Shown: piece by piece, positions 1-11,890 of the stretch
Layout: the number at the start of each line of letters is the position of its first letter
Numbering within the stretch: the first letter of the stretch is position 1
NCBI GenBank assembly: GCA_951406725.2
Contig: OX597821.1
Location: forward strand, 93,062,001-93,126,000
Source of the DNA: Octopus vulgaris
Lineage: Eukaryota
Direction of reading: 5' to 3'
Length of the DNA: 64,000 nt
The notes under the pieces: model-generated
Databases searched by the model: none
Seen by the model: the letters and a program-made list of their open reading frames with translations, nothing else
Told to the model about the DNA's origin: nothing
Program-made: the position numbers and the translations under genes

Positions 1-206
1 ATTTCTCATCATGGAATTTATATAATTCCCTTTACATTACAGTTGGTAAGTTATACTTTACAGTACTTCCTACAAGATAGAGAGAACTCAATACGGGATA
101 ATTTAGAGTTAGAATTTATTGTGAGACTAGAAAGATTCAATGCCTCATAGAGACCAGTGACTTCATCCCGGGTAGCAATTTTTGGACTACGTATATATTA
201 CATAGT

Positions 207-592
207 GGAGGCGCAATGGCCCAGTGGTTAGCGCAGCGGACTCGCGGTCATAGGATCGCGGTTTCGATTCCCAGACCGGGCGTTGTGAGTGTTTATTGAG
301 CGAAAACACCTAAAGCTCCACGAGGCTCCGACAGGGGATGGTGGTAATCCCTGCTGTACTCTTTCACCACAACTTTCTCTCACTCTTACTTCCTGTTTCT
401 GTTGTACCTGTATTTCAAAGGGCCGGCCTTGTCACTCTCTTTGTCACGCTGAACATCCCCGAGAACTACGTTAAGGGTACACGTGTCTGTGGAGTGCTCA
501 GCCACTTACACGTTAATTTCACGAGCAGGCTGTTTCGTTGATTTGGATCAACCGGAACCCTCGTCGTCGTAACCGACGGAGTGCTTCCATCC
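207..592 (+). mobile_element. tRNA-derived SINE, family A, tail type 1, full length
   Basis: tRNA-like head with A-box (TGGCCCAGTGG) and B-box-like GGTTTCGATTCC; ends CGGAGTGCTTCCATCC; 13-bp TSD ATATATTACATAG at 193-205 and 593-605; near-identical copies at 6452 and 26819. Confidence 0.92.
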
Positions 593-770
593 ATATATTA
601 CATAGGTGCATAAATATTTGAGCGATCAACACACACTGATATATTACATCTGTAATTTGGTTTCACAGTATCCTGACAGGCGCTAACTCGCATCCACGTC
701 ACTTCCAATTCATTCTTAACCTCTCCTTCTCTCCATTTCCTCAACATTTCTACATTCACTGATTGCAATC

Positions 771-865
771 TCAATAAACACTCACAACGCCCGGTCTGGG
801 AATCGAAACCGCGATCCTATGACCGTTAGTCCGCAGCCCTAACCATTGGGCCATTGCGCCTCCAC
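771..865 (-). mobile_element. SINE family A head only, inverted
   Basis: Reverse complement of the first ~95 bp of 207-592. Confidence 0.85.
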
Positions 866-1344
866 CCTATATTATGTAACCTTGTCTACTCTATAGTGCT
901 ATCTATGTTCTCTTTCCCTTATCTTTTATATATCTTTCTAGCTCAACCACACTAACAATTTATCTCTTCTCTACCGAATCGGTGCTATGCGCTATACTAT
1001 TTCCATTTGTGGAGGCGCAATTCCTACTTTATGCGTTCACAAACCAACTTCATCTAATCTAATCTTCTGTATTATTCCCCAATTTTACGTTCTTCATAAA
1101 ATTGAATTTCTCCATACAATAAACTACTATATCATAAATTTGGCCAACCTCAATTCTTGCTTACTATTTGCCCGAAGAGGAATATGCATACGAGTTTTGC
1201 ATACCTCCATCCAACTATACATATGCATGTATGCATATGTGTGTGTATGTATGTATGTATGTATGTATGTATGTATGTATGTATGTATGTATGTATGTAT
1301 GGGTATGTGTAGCTTGATTCGCTAGCCTCTGCACGCTTTTTTTT

Positions 1345-2010
<666 letters not shown>

Positions 2011-2139
2011 TTACAAATATTCTATAATTATATACATAAATATAATCAGGGATCAGCTAATTGCTTCGCTACGCACTGAATTAGAAATAGACTCTAAATG
2101 CCTTTTCTACTACCATAAAGATCTTTTTTTATCGTTTAT

Positions 2140-3045
2140 CTTTTATATTTTACTGGTTTCAGCTCAGGACTGTGTTCATGCTGGTGCACCACCCGTAGTT
2201 ACTCGATGTAGTTTACGGTGTTGTTTTTTGGTGAAGTAGCGAGTTCGACGGAGCTGCTCTTCCTTGTGTCTGCTGTCGCGTTGTGGGTTCATCTGCTTCT
2301 CAGATAGAAAGCGGTCCAGACGTTCCTTGAAAACTTCCACATCAACACCATGTAGATCTCTGAGGTTGCCTGGCAGGACGTTGAACAATTGTGGACCATT
2401 CAAGCCTAGACTGTTGCAATACTGTGTCCTTATTTTTGATGGTGGAAATAGGATCTTTGGTATGATGCAGTGCCGCCCAGTCGAGGATTGATATAGCTGT
2501 CTATTCCCAAACTGGGAGCTAAGCCCACCAAGATCTTCCAAATATATATCACTGCATATCGCTCTCGTCTTCTTTCGTGGGAATAGACACTCAGCTCCTT
2601 TATGCTCTTCCAGTAACCCATCTTTTACATCGAGTCAATCTCCTTTGTGTAGTGGTGCCCGAATGCTTCGAATTCCACAGTTTGTTTCACACTGTCTGGG
2701 GACCATAGTTGGGAGCAGTAATCCAAGCAGCTGAGAAAGAAAGTCCTTCATAGGAGCGGCAGGGCCTCCCTTTTCCTGGTTTTGAATCTCCTCAGAATCC
2801 AGCCAGCCACTCGCGTGCACAGTGTTGCCATCTTGGTAAAAGGTACATAGAATGTTGCATTATTGCTCATGTGAACTCCCAGGTCACGCGCCGACTCTGA
2901 CTGTGGGATCGTATTATCTGCTGGTCCAATGTATTCCGATTTTAGCCTGGTGTTGGGCCGATAGGGGAGTGCTTCATATTTCACAGCATTGAACTGCTCG
3001 CTATATTTGTTAGCGCATTTCTATATTTCATTCGGGACTTCCTGC
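2140..3045 (-). pseudogene. 5'-truncated, frameshifted CR1/L2-group LINE (RT C-terminus plus 3' end)
   Basis: Consecutive frames give RDLGVHMSNN..GWILRRFKTR, YSHERRRERYAVIYIWKIL and GPQLFNVLPGNLRDLHGVDVEVFKERLDRFL. Confidence 0.85.
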
Positions 3046-3047
3046 AG

Positions 3048-3079
<32 letters not shown>

Positions 3080-3081
<2 letters not shown>

Positions 3082-3267
3082 TTTTATTCTTTTACTTGTT
3101 TCAGTCAGTTGACTGCGGCCATGCTGGAGCACCGCCTTTAGTCGAACAAATCGACCCCAGAACTTATTCTTTGCAAGCCTAGTACTTATTCCATCGGACT
3201 CTTTTGCCGAACCATTAAGTTACGGGGACGTAAACACACCAACATCGCTTGTCAAGTAGGGTGACAA

Positions 3268-3301
<34 letters not shown>

Positions 3302-3510
3302 TGTTTTACTAGTTTCAGCTCAAAGCTGCAACCATACTGATGTACAACGATGGGCTTCTTTCAGTTTCCGTCTATCAAATCCAGTCACGAGGCTTTGGTC
3401 GGCCTGAAGCTATAGTAGAAGACACTTTCCCAAGGGGCCACGCAGTGGGACTGAATCCAGAACCATGTGGTTGGGAAGAAAGCTTCTTACCACACAACGA
3501 CTCCTGCGCC

Positions 3511-3511
<1 letters not shown>
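3080..3511 (-). mobile_element. tRNA-derived SINE family B (internal TA/TG microsatellite)
   Basis: Homologous to 44963-45384 and 54211-54684; tail GGCGGTGCTCCAGCATGGCCGCAGTC..CTGAAACAAGTAAAAG. Confidence 0.88.
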
Positions 3512-3596
<85 letters not shown>

Positions 3597-4339
3597 TTGT
3601 TATATAAGTTTATTGTTATCCCAAGTTGACCTGGCGACTACTAACTACCGCAGCTATCGTATCTCCATACAATTATGCATTTATACCACCTTCACTAAAA
3701 TCAGCAATGTCGATCACAAACGACTGCTGCCATCATTTCGTCATATAGATTTTGACATCCATTGCCAGCATATGTCATTCATAACCCTTAACGATTCCAA
3801 TTCTTAATCACATCAATTAAAAGCACTCAATTATTAAACTTTCAATTAACACAAAACTAATTCCATACTTTCTAACAACCAGCAGCGGGCAGATATTTGC
3901 AGCTGCCCGTTATCATACATAAACGCTAATTAAACTGGGATATTACTTTCACTGATTTCAATATCTATGTATTCGAATTACAATTCAGCTACATATGAAT
4001 CAAAGCAAACATTGAAATTGATAATGGTTCATATAATGTCTCATTTATGTCTTCTCTACTTCAGATTATGAATATCTGCTTTTATTCCATTTTAATTCAA
4101 TTTATCACTGCACTCAGTTTGACTCATTGAGCCAGAACTTATCGCATTATTCATATCCGTATTATTAAGGAGATGCGAGACACAACTGCTTTTGGATGGT
4201 ATGTTAGTCTATAGCAGAGCTGTTATCCTCATGTTAACGTTGTACCAAGAGTTCTAGCATTTATAGGGTAAGTAAAATAACCATAATTACATAACAGCAA
4301 CAACAACAGCAGCAGCAGCAACAACAACAACCACAACAA

Positions 4340-4368
4340 CAATAATAATAGTAATAATAATAATAATG

Positions 4369-4451
<83 letters not shown>
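4340..4451. repeat. (TAA)n microsatellite, preceded by CAA/CAG repeats
   Basis: Direct inspection. Confidence 0.97.
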
Positions 4452-4511
4452 CACGGAAAATATAAGCATCTCTAAATTGTGTGTTGGTGCCTTGAGAAAT
4501 GTTTCTATATT

Positions 4512-4727
4512 CTTGTTTTACTCTAGGCACAAAGCCCGAAGCTTTGGGGAAGGGGACCAATCAATTAGATCGACTCCAGTATGCAACTGGTATTTAAATT
4601 TGCGACCCCGAAAGGATGAAATGGAAAGTCGACCATGGCGGAATTTGAACTCAGAACTTAAAGACAGACGAAATACTGCAAAGCATTTCGCACGGCGTGC
4701 TAACATTTCTGCCAGCTCGCCGCCTTA
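4512..4727 (-). mobile_element. SINE family C (MetaSINE-like core)
   Basis: Reverse complement of AAGGCGGCGAGCTGGCAGAA..GAGTTCAAATTCCGCC..GTCGACTT..TTTCATCCTTTCGGGGTCG. Confidence 0.85.
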
Positions 4728-4756
4728 AAGGAATGTTTCTATATTGTGACAGTAAA

Positions 4757-5240
4757 ACGCGGCGATCTGGCAGAATCGTTAGCACGCCGGGCGAAATGCT
4801 AAGCGGTATTTCGTCTATCGCAACGTTGTGAGTTCAAATTCCGCCAAGGTCGACTTTGCCTTTCATCCTTAAATAAGTACCAGTTATTTACCAGTACGAT
4901 TAAATAAGTACCAGTTACGCACTGGGGTCAATATAATCGACTTAATCCGTTTGTCTATCCTTGTTTGTCCTCTCTCTGTTTAGCCCCTTGTGGGTAGTAA
5001 AGAAATACGTATTTCGTCTACCTCTACGTTCGGAGTTAAAATTCCGCCGAGGTCAACTTTGATTTTCATCCTTTCGGGGTCGATTAAATAAGTACCAATA
5101 ACGCACTGGGATCGATATAATCGACTTAATCACTTAGTCTGTCCTTGTTTGTCCTCTTTGTGTTTAGCCTCTTGTGGGTAGTAAAGAAATAGGTATTTCG
5201 TCTGTCTTTACTTTGTGAGTTAAAATTCTGCTGAGGCCGG
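4757..5240 (+). mobile_element. SINE family C, tandem multimer (~2.3 body units)
   Basis: One head, then the ~180-bp body restarts at GTATTTCGTCT near 5009 and 5193. Confidence 0.88.
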
Positions 5241-5339
5241 TCACATCACCAGTAAAGAAAGCGCCCTCGCTCTCTCTATCTTGCCCCTTAATCTATTAAT
5301 ACATACGCTCGACTAAAATCTTCACTCGCACCATACTTG

Positions 5340-7400
5340 ACACTTCTATCAGCCTTTCAAAGAATTTGCAGAAACAGTACTTCCATATCCATCCTTACGT
5401 CCCTTTTCAAGCGACACTTGAAGAAGCTGATTAGGACTTGGCCAAATAAGCTGATATCTATATTCAGTTCATTCGGCTTGTTCACCACACATCCTTTTTT
5501 GTCATGGCCACCAGACATAAAAGCTGCTTCTCCTCTGAAAAAGGAAGATGGTGGCAAGATCTTCACATTGGACTCAGCTTATAGTCAGACCCATCCCACA
5601 TATAATGACAGGTATTTGACAAGTCACCAACGCTTTTCAGGGATTGATCTGTTGTTGGCACATTTGCTGCTGTTGCTGTTGATGCTGTTTCAATTTTGTT
5701 GCTGGAGCAAATACCATGATTGCTAAAGTTGTTTGTATTTTGGTTTCAGCTGTTGTTGGTTGTGATGATGTTATGCTCTTAGCAGTAGTAGAAGCTTTTT
5801 TCAGCTACCAAATTCTCTTATTGTTGGTGGGGGGGAAGCAGAATATCCTTGAGCTGATTAGTGTTTCCACAGCTGTAGCATCTTAGCCTTCCGTTCACTA
5901 CTCCCACCTGAACTGCTGCCTTCTTGGGTTCTCAATTAGGTTGAAATTTTGTCCAGTGTCTTAAGTTCACCTGAATCAGAATTTACAAGCATATACCAAC
6001 CCAATTTTCCTCCCGGTATCTTTTTAACCTCTAGCAGCGTGCTTGGGTTTTCCAAAAGCCACCCATGTAACCAACTACCAGGAGTTTGGTTCTGGTAGTA
6101 TATTTTGTAAATCAGTATCAGTAAAAAAAATCTTCAGTTTTCCATGGAACAGTGAAGTGCTTCTGGTTTAGGATTTCCGATAGAAAGATAATTCCGTTAT
6201 ATCCAAATTTATGGGTTTGTCACACAAAATGTCAAATGCCAAGTCGAATGTTTCTTAACAGAGTTCAGCTTGTTTTGAATTTAGACGCTCTAATTTGTGT
6301 TTTTTAATCGATAAGCATTTATACAGAACTGGTTTCCTTTCTGTATAGATTATAAAGTTTATAATAAAGATTATAAAGTATATTGAGAGTAACGTTTCTT
6401 GGTTGTAGCTTCTTGTGCTTCTCCAGCTCTTCTAAATATTCATACATTTTAGGAGGCGCAATGGCCCAGCGGTCGTAGGGTCGTAGGATCGCGGTTTCGA
6501 TTCCCAGACCGGCCGTCGTGAGTGTTTATTGAGCGAAAACACCTAAAGCTCCACGAGGCTCCGGCAGGGGATGGTGGTGATCCCTGCTGTACTCTTTCAC
6601 CACAACTTTCTCTCACTCTTACTTCCTGTTTCTGTTGTACCTGTATTTCAAAGGGCCGGCCTTGTCACTCTCTGTGTCACGCTGAATATCCCCGAGAACT
6701 ACGTTAAGGGTACACGTGTCTGTGGAGTGCTCAGCCACTTACACGTTAATTTCACGAGCAGGCTGTTCCGTTGATTCGGATCAACCGGAACCCTCGTCGT
6801 CCTAACCGACGGAGTGCTTCCATCCACATTTTATCAAGAGAGATAAAGTCGGAGGCGTTGGTGATTTTGGAAAAACAAATATTTTTGCGATGCTACTGCT
6901 GCTGTTGTTTGTATAATCATTGTTACTGTTGTTAGTATCATCATTGTTTTTGTCGTTATTGTTTGTGATTAGTGAGGGAAGTGCTGATGGTTTTGTTTGT
7001 ACTGCTTCAGTTTGCTGCGACAATGGATGCGACAGTGGATGCGTCAGTGGCAATGAATGAGATTTTCTACTACTGCTGCTGATTCTAAAGGCTTTTTTGC
7101 TTGACATGTCTTTGTTCATGTTGTTGCCTCTATTGTTGTTCCTACTGCTGTTGCTATATCCTCGCTGTTGTTATTGTTACTGATATTGTTGCAACTGTTT
7201 TTAATTACTATTACGTATGTAGTGCTGTGTGGTAAGAGATGATTGCGAGAAAGACTTTCACTTTCATAATTTCCTCCCATCTTCCTCTTTAGCAGGCTAC
7301 TCTTCAAAGATGGAGGTACCTTCAAAATTTTTACTATGCTTCGAAACTTTTCTTTTAGAATTTTGCCCTGTAAGAAAAGTAACAAAAACGATTGATTTGC
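5340..7400 (-). pseudogene. Decayed gag-like LINE ORF1 (L1/Tx1-like), split by the SINE at 6452
   Basis: Minus-strand translation near 5860-5930 gives VQVGVVNGRLRCYSCGNTNQL (degenerate zinc knuckle), flanked by Thr/Asn/Ser-rich frames with many stops. Confidence 0.45.
6452..6825 (+). mobile_element. SINE family A, tail type 1
   Basis: Near-identical to 207-592 with a small head deletion; TSD ACATTTTA at 6444-6451 and 6826-6833. Confidence 0.92.
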
Positions 7401-7537
7401 CCTTTATGATCCTGGTCAACTATGTACCACAAGGTAAAAAAAAAATAACATCAACAAAAAGAGAAGACAAGGCACAACCTCTCAAAGGTACAAAACTCAT
7501 TCACATTTGGCGATAAACAACAAAAGAGTATTATTAT

Positions 7538-8063
7538 TGAGTGAGAGAGCAATGCATGACATCAAAGTGACACTGGGGTAAAATATACGAAGCCTAGTGT
7601 ACCCATCATGACTACCCGTCTGATAAGGGTACACCAGGGACATGCATCACAAACATATGTGCACGACATGGTGATCGCATATCAAGTTGAACAGCGTATG
7701 AACTTGCAGGTGGGACCCAGTTAGAATTTTGTTCAAGTCGAGTAGTCCATCCCGCTCAAAAGATCCCTGAAGAAGGGTTGTTTAAGGATGTTGAACGAAA
7801 CACCCATGTTTCCATTATTCAAAATCCAAAGAAATTCCTTTCAACACTACTTCTGCTGGTGATCAGTGATGCACATATCGTCAGCCACGAAGGGATATGC
7901 TCAACTGTTTAAGGTCAAACAACTGACAAACAAATCTGTGGTTGTGAGCAGAATATTTGTTGTAACCCATCTTTTATACCAAAGCAAAACATGTACATGA
8001 TAACATTTCTAACCAGTTTAGATCAGAATCTATGAGAGCCACTGTCTAATACTGCATCATGGC

Positions 8064-8064
<1 letters not shown>
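7538..8064 (-). mobile_element. ~550-bp (TAA)n-embedded non-autonomous repeat, family D
   Basis: Reverse complement of 47608-48162 and 61686-62237; extra short terminal piece ACTGCATCAGGGCA at ~8156-8170. Confidence 0.85.
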
Positions 8065-8470
<406 letters not shown>

Positions 8471-8941
8471 TCTATTAAACCACAAAAAAGAAGAAAACAT
8501 GGAGTTATACAGAATGCCCTGCTAAATTGATGGTATTAAATCCCTATTCAAGGTTAACAGTCAATATATGAACAAATTTAATAGGTTGTAAATAAGTAGG
8601 ATAATTACAACGCTTGCTGAGATGCACGTGACACAAAGCCGAAAGCGAAGAATTATCGTCTGCGACATAGAATCAAAGCCGTCTGACCAGAAACTACCAA
8701 AAGCTTGTAATGAATCAGGAAATAGCTTTCCAACACACCTGGTCACGCCATTAACCACCTCACGGAGGAGCATCACATATCAGGAAACACAAAGAATAAC
8801 ACATCTTATTCACCTTCGAAACGTTGCGTACAAATGTTTCTCGATATTCTCTTCTTAATTCTATCCTGTCACATCTCTGTCTTTGTATGTGCTTTTCGCA
8901 GAATGCTTCCAGAGAATGCTTTTATTTTAATTTATATTTAA

Positions 8942-9338
8942 CTATCAGTATCGCCCGGCGTTGCTCGGGTTTGTAAGGGAAATAACTATAAAGCATTTTT
9001 AGAGAGTTATAGCCAAAAAACAGCAAAAAATGCATTAAAAATGGAAAAAAAATTATGGTAAACTTTTTTTTAAATCGTTGACTCGTCGTAGACATTTTTA
9101 GAGAGTTACTTCCCTTATATAATAGCGAAAAATGCATTAAAATGGAAAAAAATTATGGTAAATTTTTTTTAAATCGTAGACTCATCGTAGACGCGCGCTA
9201 ATACCCAGAAAGGCTCGATATGAATGACGACAATAAGATACCCGGTTTTGGTTAAACTGCACCGCAAAATGTGGGAGTAGTTAGGAATCTAAATCGTAGG
9301 AGACAGACAGCACGCAACCTTACTTTTATATATAAAGA
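8942..9338 (-). mobile_element. Non-autonomous Helitron
   Basis: Minus strand starts TCTTTATATATAAAAG and ends with hairpin CCCGAGCAACGCCGGG plus CTGATAG (CTAG-like); sits between A and T with no TSD; internal tandem duplication. Confidence 0.8.
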
Positions 9339-9398
9339 TAATAAATAAGGGTGACCTCCCTTTGCAAATACCATAAGGGCACAGAAAGTTTGCCTAAA

Positions 9399-9484
9399 GC
9401 CAGCTGGAGACGATGTTCTCCTGGGGCTACAAGCTACAGTAACACCCACCCTTAGTGGTTAGCCATATTGAGATGGCAAGTATA
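9399..9484. repeat. Single arm of the short repeat that forms the palindrome at 43495-43652
   Basis: CCAGCTGGAG..TTCTCCTGGGGCTACAAGCTACAGTAAC..CCCTTAGTGGTTAGCC.TATTGAGATGGCAA shared. Confidence 0.8.
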
Positions 9485-9927
9485 CCTCACATATAATTTT
9501 ATATTTTATATTTTAATTTTTCATGCAGATAAATCGACAAACATGTATATTTTAGTGTGTGTTTATGTATGCTCCTGTGATTATGTATTTATACATACAT
9601 TCTCGAGCAACTGTATACGTGAGGTGGTGGCATGCATGCCTATAATTTCACACAGCTAAATTTTGTATCTTTGTGTATGTGTTTGTATGCATGTGAGAAT
9701 ATGCGATTTAGTGTGACACCTTACTCTATTCGTAAATAGGTGTAACTCTGTGTGTATGTGTGTGTATGTGCCTGTGTGTATTTGTATTTCAGTATTTACA
9801 ATTTCCTCTGGCTTCTGTTTTATGCATGCCAAACAGCTAATTCTCTGTTATTCCTTGTCTTTCTCCACTGCATCTAATCTCTCGTAGATTATGTATGAAA
9901 CGAAAATATATACATATATATATATAT

Positions 9928-10168
9928 ATTCAGCATGACACAGAATATGACGAGGCTGGCTCCTTCAAATACAGGGGCTACTTATTTTAGCCAGCTGAGT
10001 GAACTGGAGCCACGTGAAACACAGTCTTGTTCATGGACACAACGCGCAACCGGGAATCGAACTCATGACCTTACGATCGTGGTCCGAATGCCCTAACCAC
10101 TAACCCACGCTCCTTCAATTACGTAATACATATAATATGTGAGATGGATAGACCGCTCCAATTTGGAG

Positions 10169-10174
<6 letters not shown>
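9928..10174 (-). repeat. 247-bp inverted duplicate of 10916-11162 sitting inside a (TA)n tract
   Basis: Reverse complement with one mismatch seen; includes ~55 bp of non-SINE flank. Confidence 0.93.
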
Positions 10175-10209
<35 letters not shown>

Positions 10210-10972
10210 CCCTTATGGTATTTATGGTATTAGCAGAACTTCATCTAAAAACAATTGATACTCTACTCTAGGAGGCGTACAAACTTTAAAACAAACTATA
10301 CATTTCACCAGTGTTTGGGAATGAGTAAACATTTTAAGTGTTTTAATAACTACCTCCAAGTTCTTGATTATTTAAAAAATTAAATGAGAAACGTTAGATT
10401 TTATTTCATTAGAAATAAGCTCATTAAAGGTTTAACCAGACTATACTCTTTTTATATCATCAGCAGATTATAGCCTTTAACTGATTAGATTGAAAGAGCC
10501 ATAGATGGCTAAACACTAATTTAGATTTCAGGAAAACTGATCGTAATTAACTCGTGGTAGAAGGCTAGAAGAAATTAAGCGGTATTGAAATGATATCAGT
10601 TCTGTACGGTTGTTCTAGTATTAAAAACAAAATTCATCTTCTGTAAACTATTTGCTGAGAGATTATTATGTTAGAACGCTTATCAATCCATTCATAATAT
10701 TCAACCAGTAGCTTGGAAAAATAAAAAGATTAGAAAAATCCATCTGTTTCAACGTCGTCATCATTTTACATCTGTTTTTCATGCTTGTGTAAGTTGGATG
10801 GATCTTCACTATGAAAGAATCTTGCCATTTTTTGCGTTCCCTTATCATCTGCTGTGTGAGATCATCCTTCCTGTGTTCTTCTCATTTTTTCCATGTTGCC
10901 CTAGGTTTTTTCAACATATTCCTCCAAATTGGAGCGGTCTATCCATCTCACATATTATATGTATTATGTAAT

Positions 10973-11295
10973 TGAAGGAGCGTGGGTTAGTGGTTAGGGC
11001 ATTCGGACCACGATCGTAAGGTCATGAGTTCGATTCCCGGTTGCGCGTTGTGTCCATGAACAAGACTGTGTTTCACGTGGCTCCAGTTCACTCAGCTGGC
11101 TAAAATAAGTAGCCCCTGTATTTGAAGGAGCCAGCCTCGTCATATTCTGTGTCATGCTGAATTTCCCTGAGAACTACTTTAATGATGGGCGTGTTTTTGG
11201 AGGGCTCAACCACTTGGACGTTAATTTCAGGAGCAGGTTGTCGCATTAATCGGATCAACTGGAACTCTCGTCATCGTAACCGACGGGAGTACCAG
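10973..11295 (+). mobile_element. tRNA-derived CORE-like SINE with a tail related to family A type 1
   Basis: A/B boxes (TAGTGGTTAGG; GAGTTCGATTCC), central TTGTGTCCATGAACAAGAC..TTTCAC, tail GAGAACTAC..GGATCAACTGGAACTCTCGTCATCGTAACCGACGG. Confidence 0.8.
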
Positions 11296-11504
11296 GTAAT
11301 GTATCACTTATCCGTCCAAGTGCAGTACCTCTCTTTCCTCTCTTGCAAACTACAACCGACCCCTACCTCTTTTTATACATTTATTCTTTCAGCTTATTTG
11401 TACTTCATCATTCGTTCATAAGAGCATTTCCTATTTAGCAAAGCATGCGTGAGTCTCTTTTCAGTTTTCGTATCTCCTCAATTTGCAATGTCCATATTTT
11501 ATTA

Positions 11505-11588
11505 CAGCAGTTCCTCGACTATCGCGGGTGTTACGTTCCAAAACACCCCACGATAGGTGAAAATCCGCGATAGGTGAAAATCCGCGAA
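11505..11588 (+). mobile_element. pogo/Tigger-like DNA transposon terminal fragment
   Basis: TA followed by CAGCAGTTCCTCGACTATCGCGGG..GTTACGTTCC with duplicated CGATAGGTGAAAATCCG; no partner end seen. Confidence 0.55.
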
Positions 11589-11890
11589 TGTGCTAACGAT
11601 TCTGCCAGCTCGCTGCCTTATCGTGTGGAACATTTTGCATGTATATCAATATTCTAAAGTTGGACATACTATCCCTTATCCTAAAGCTGCTTCAAACAAT
11701 TAGGAAGGGTTCCCGACTCGTTGCACCGTCTGCTTTCAATCTTGGATTGTGATTCGGCTCAGCCCAAACTCTCTCAGATTTTGTCTGCTGTTGCCTACTC
11801 CTACAAGGATTGCACCTGTTTTTTGTTCCTGATTTAACTCCGATTTGTCCTAGAGCCCATAGAAGATTGTTTTTTAGTCAACCATCCATC

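Noticed and set aside
207-285. tRNA genes at SINE heads
   Set aside because: A/B boxes are present, but there is no complete cloverleaf and each continues into a repeat body with TSDs
3590-4250. Possible ancient LINE RT relic
   Set aside because: Only one faint motif (NVDHKRLL); too weak to annotate
11810-11890. TTG-initiated N-terminal extension of ORF1
   Set aside because: Eukaryotic element; the first ATG at 11891 is the more likely start
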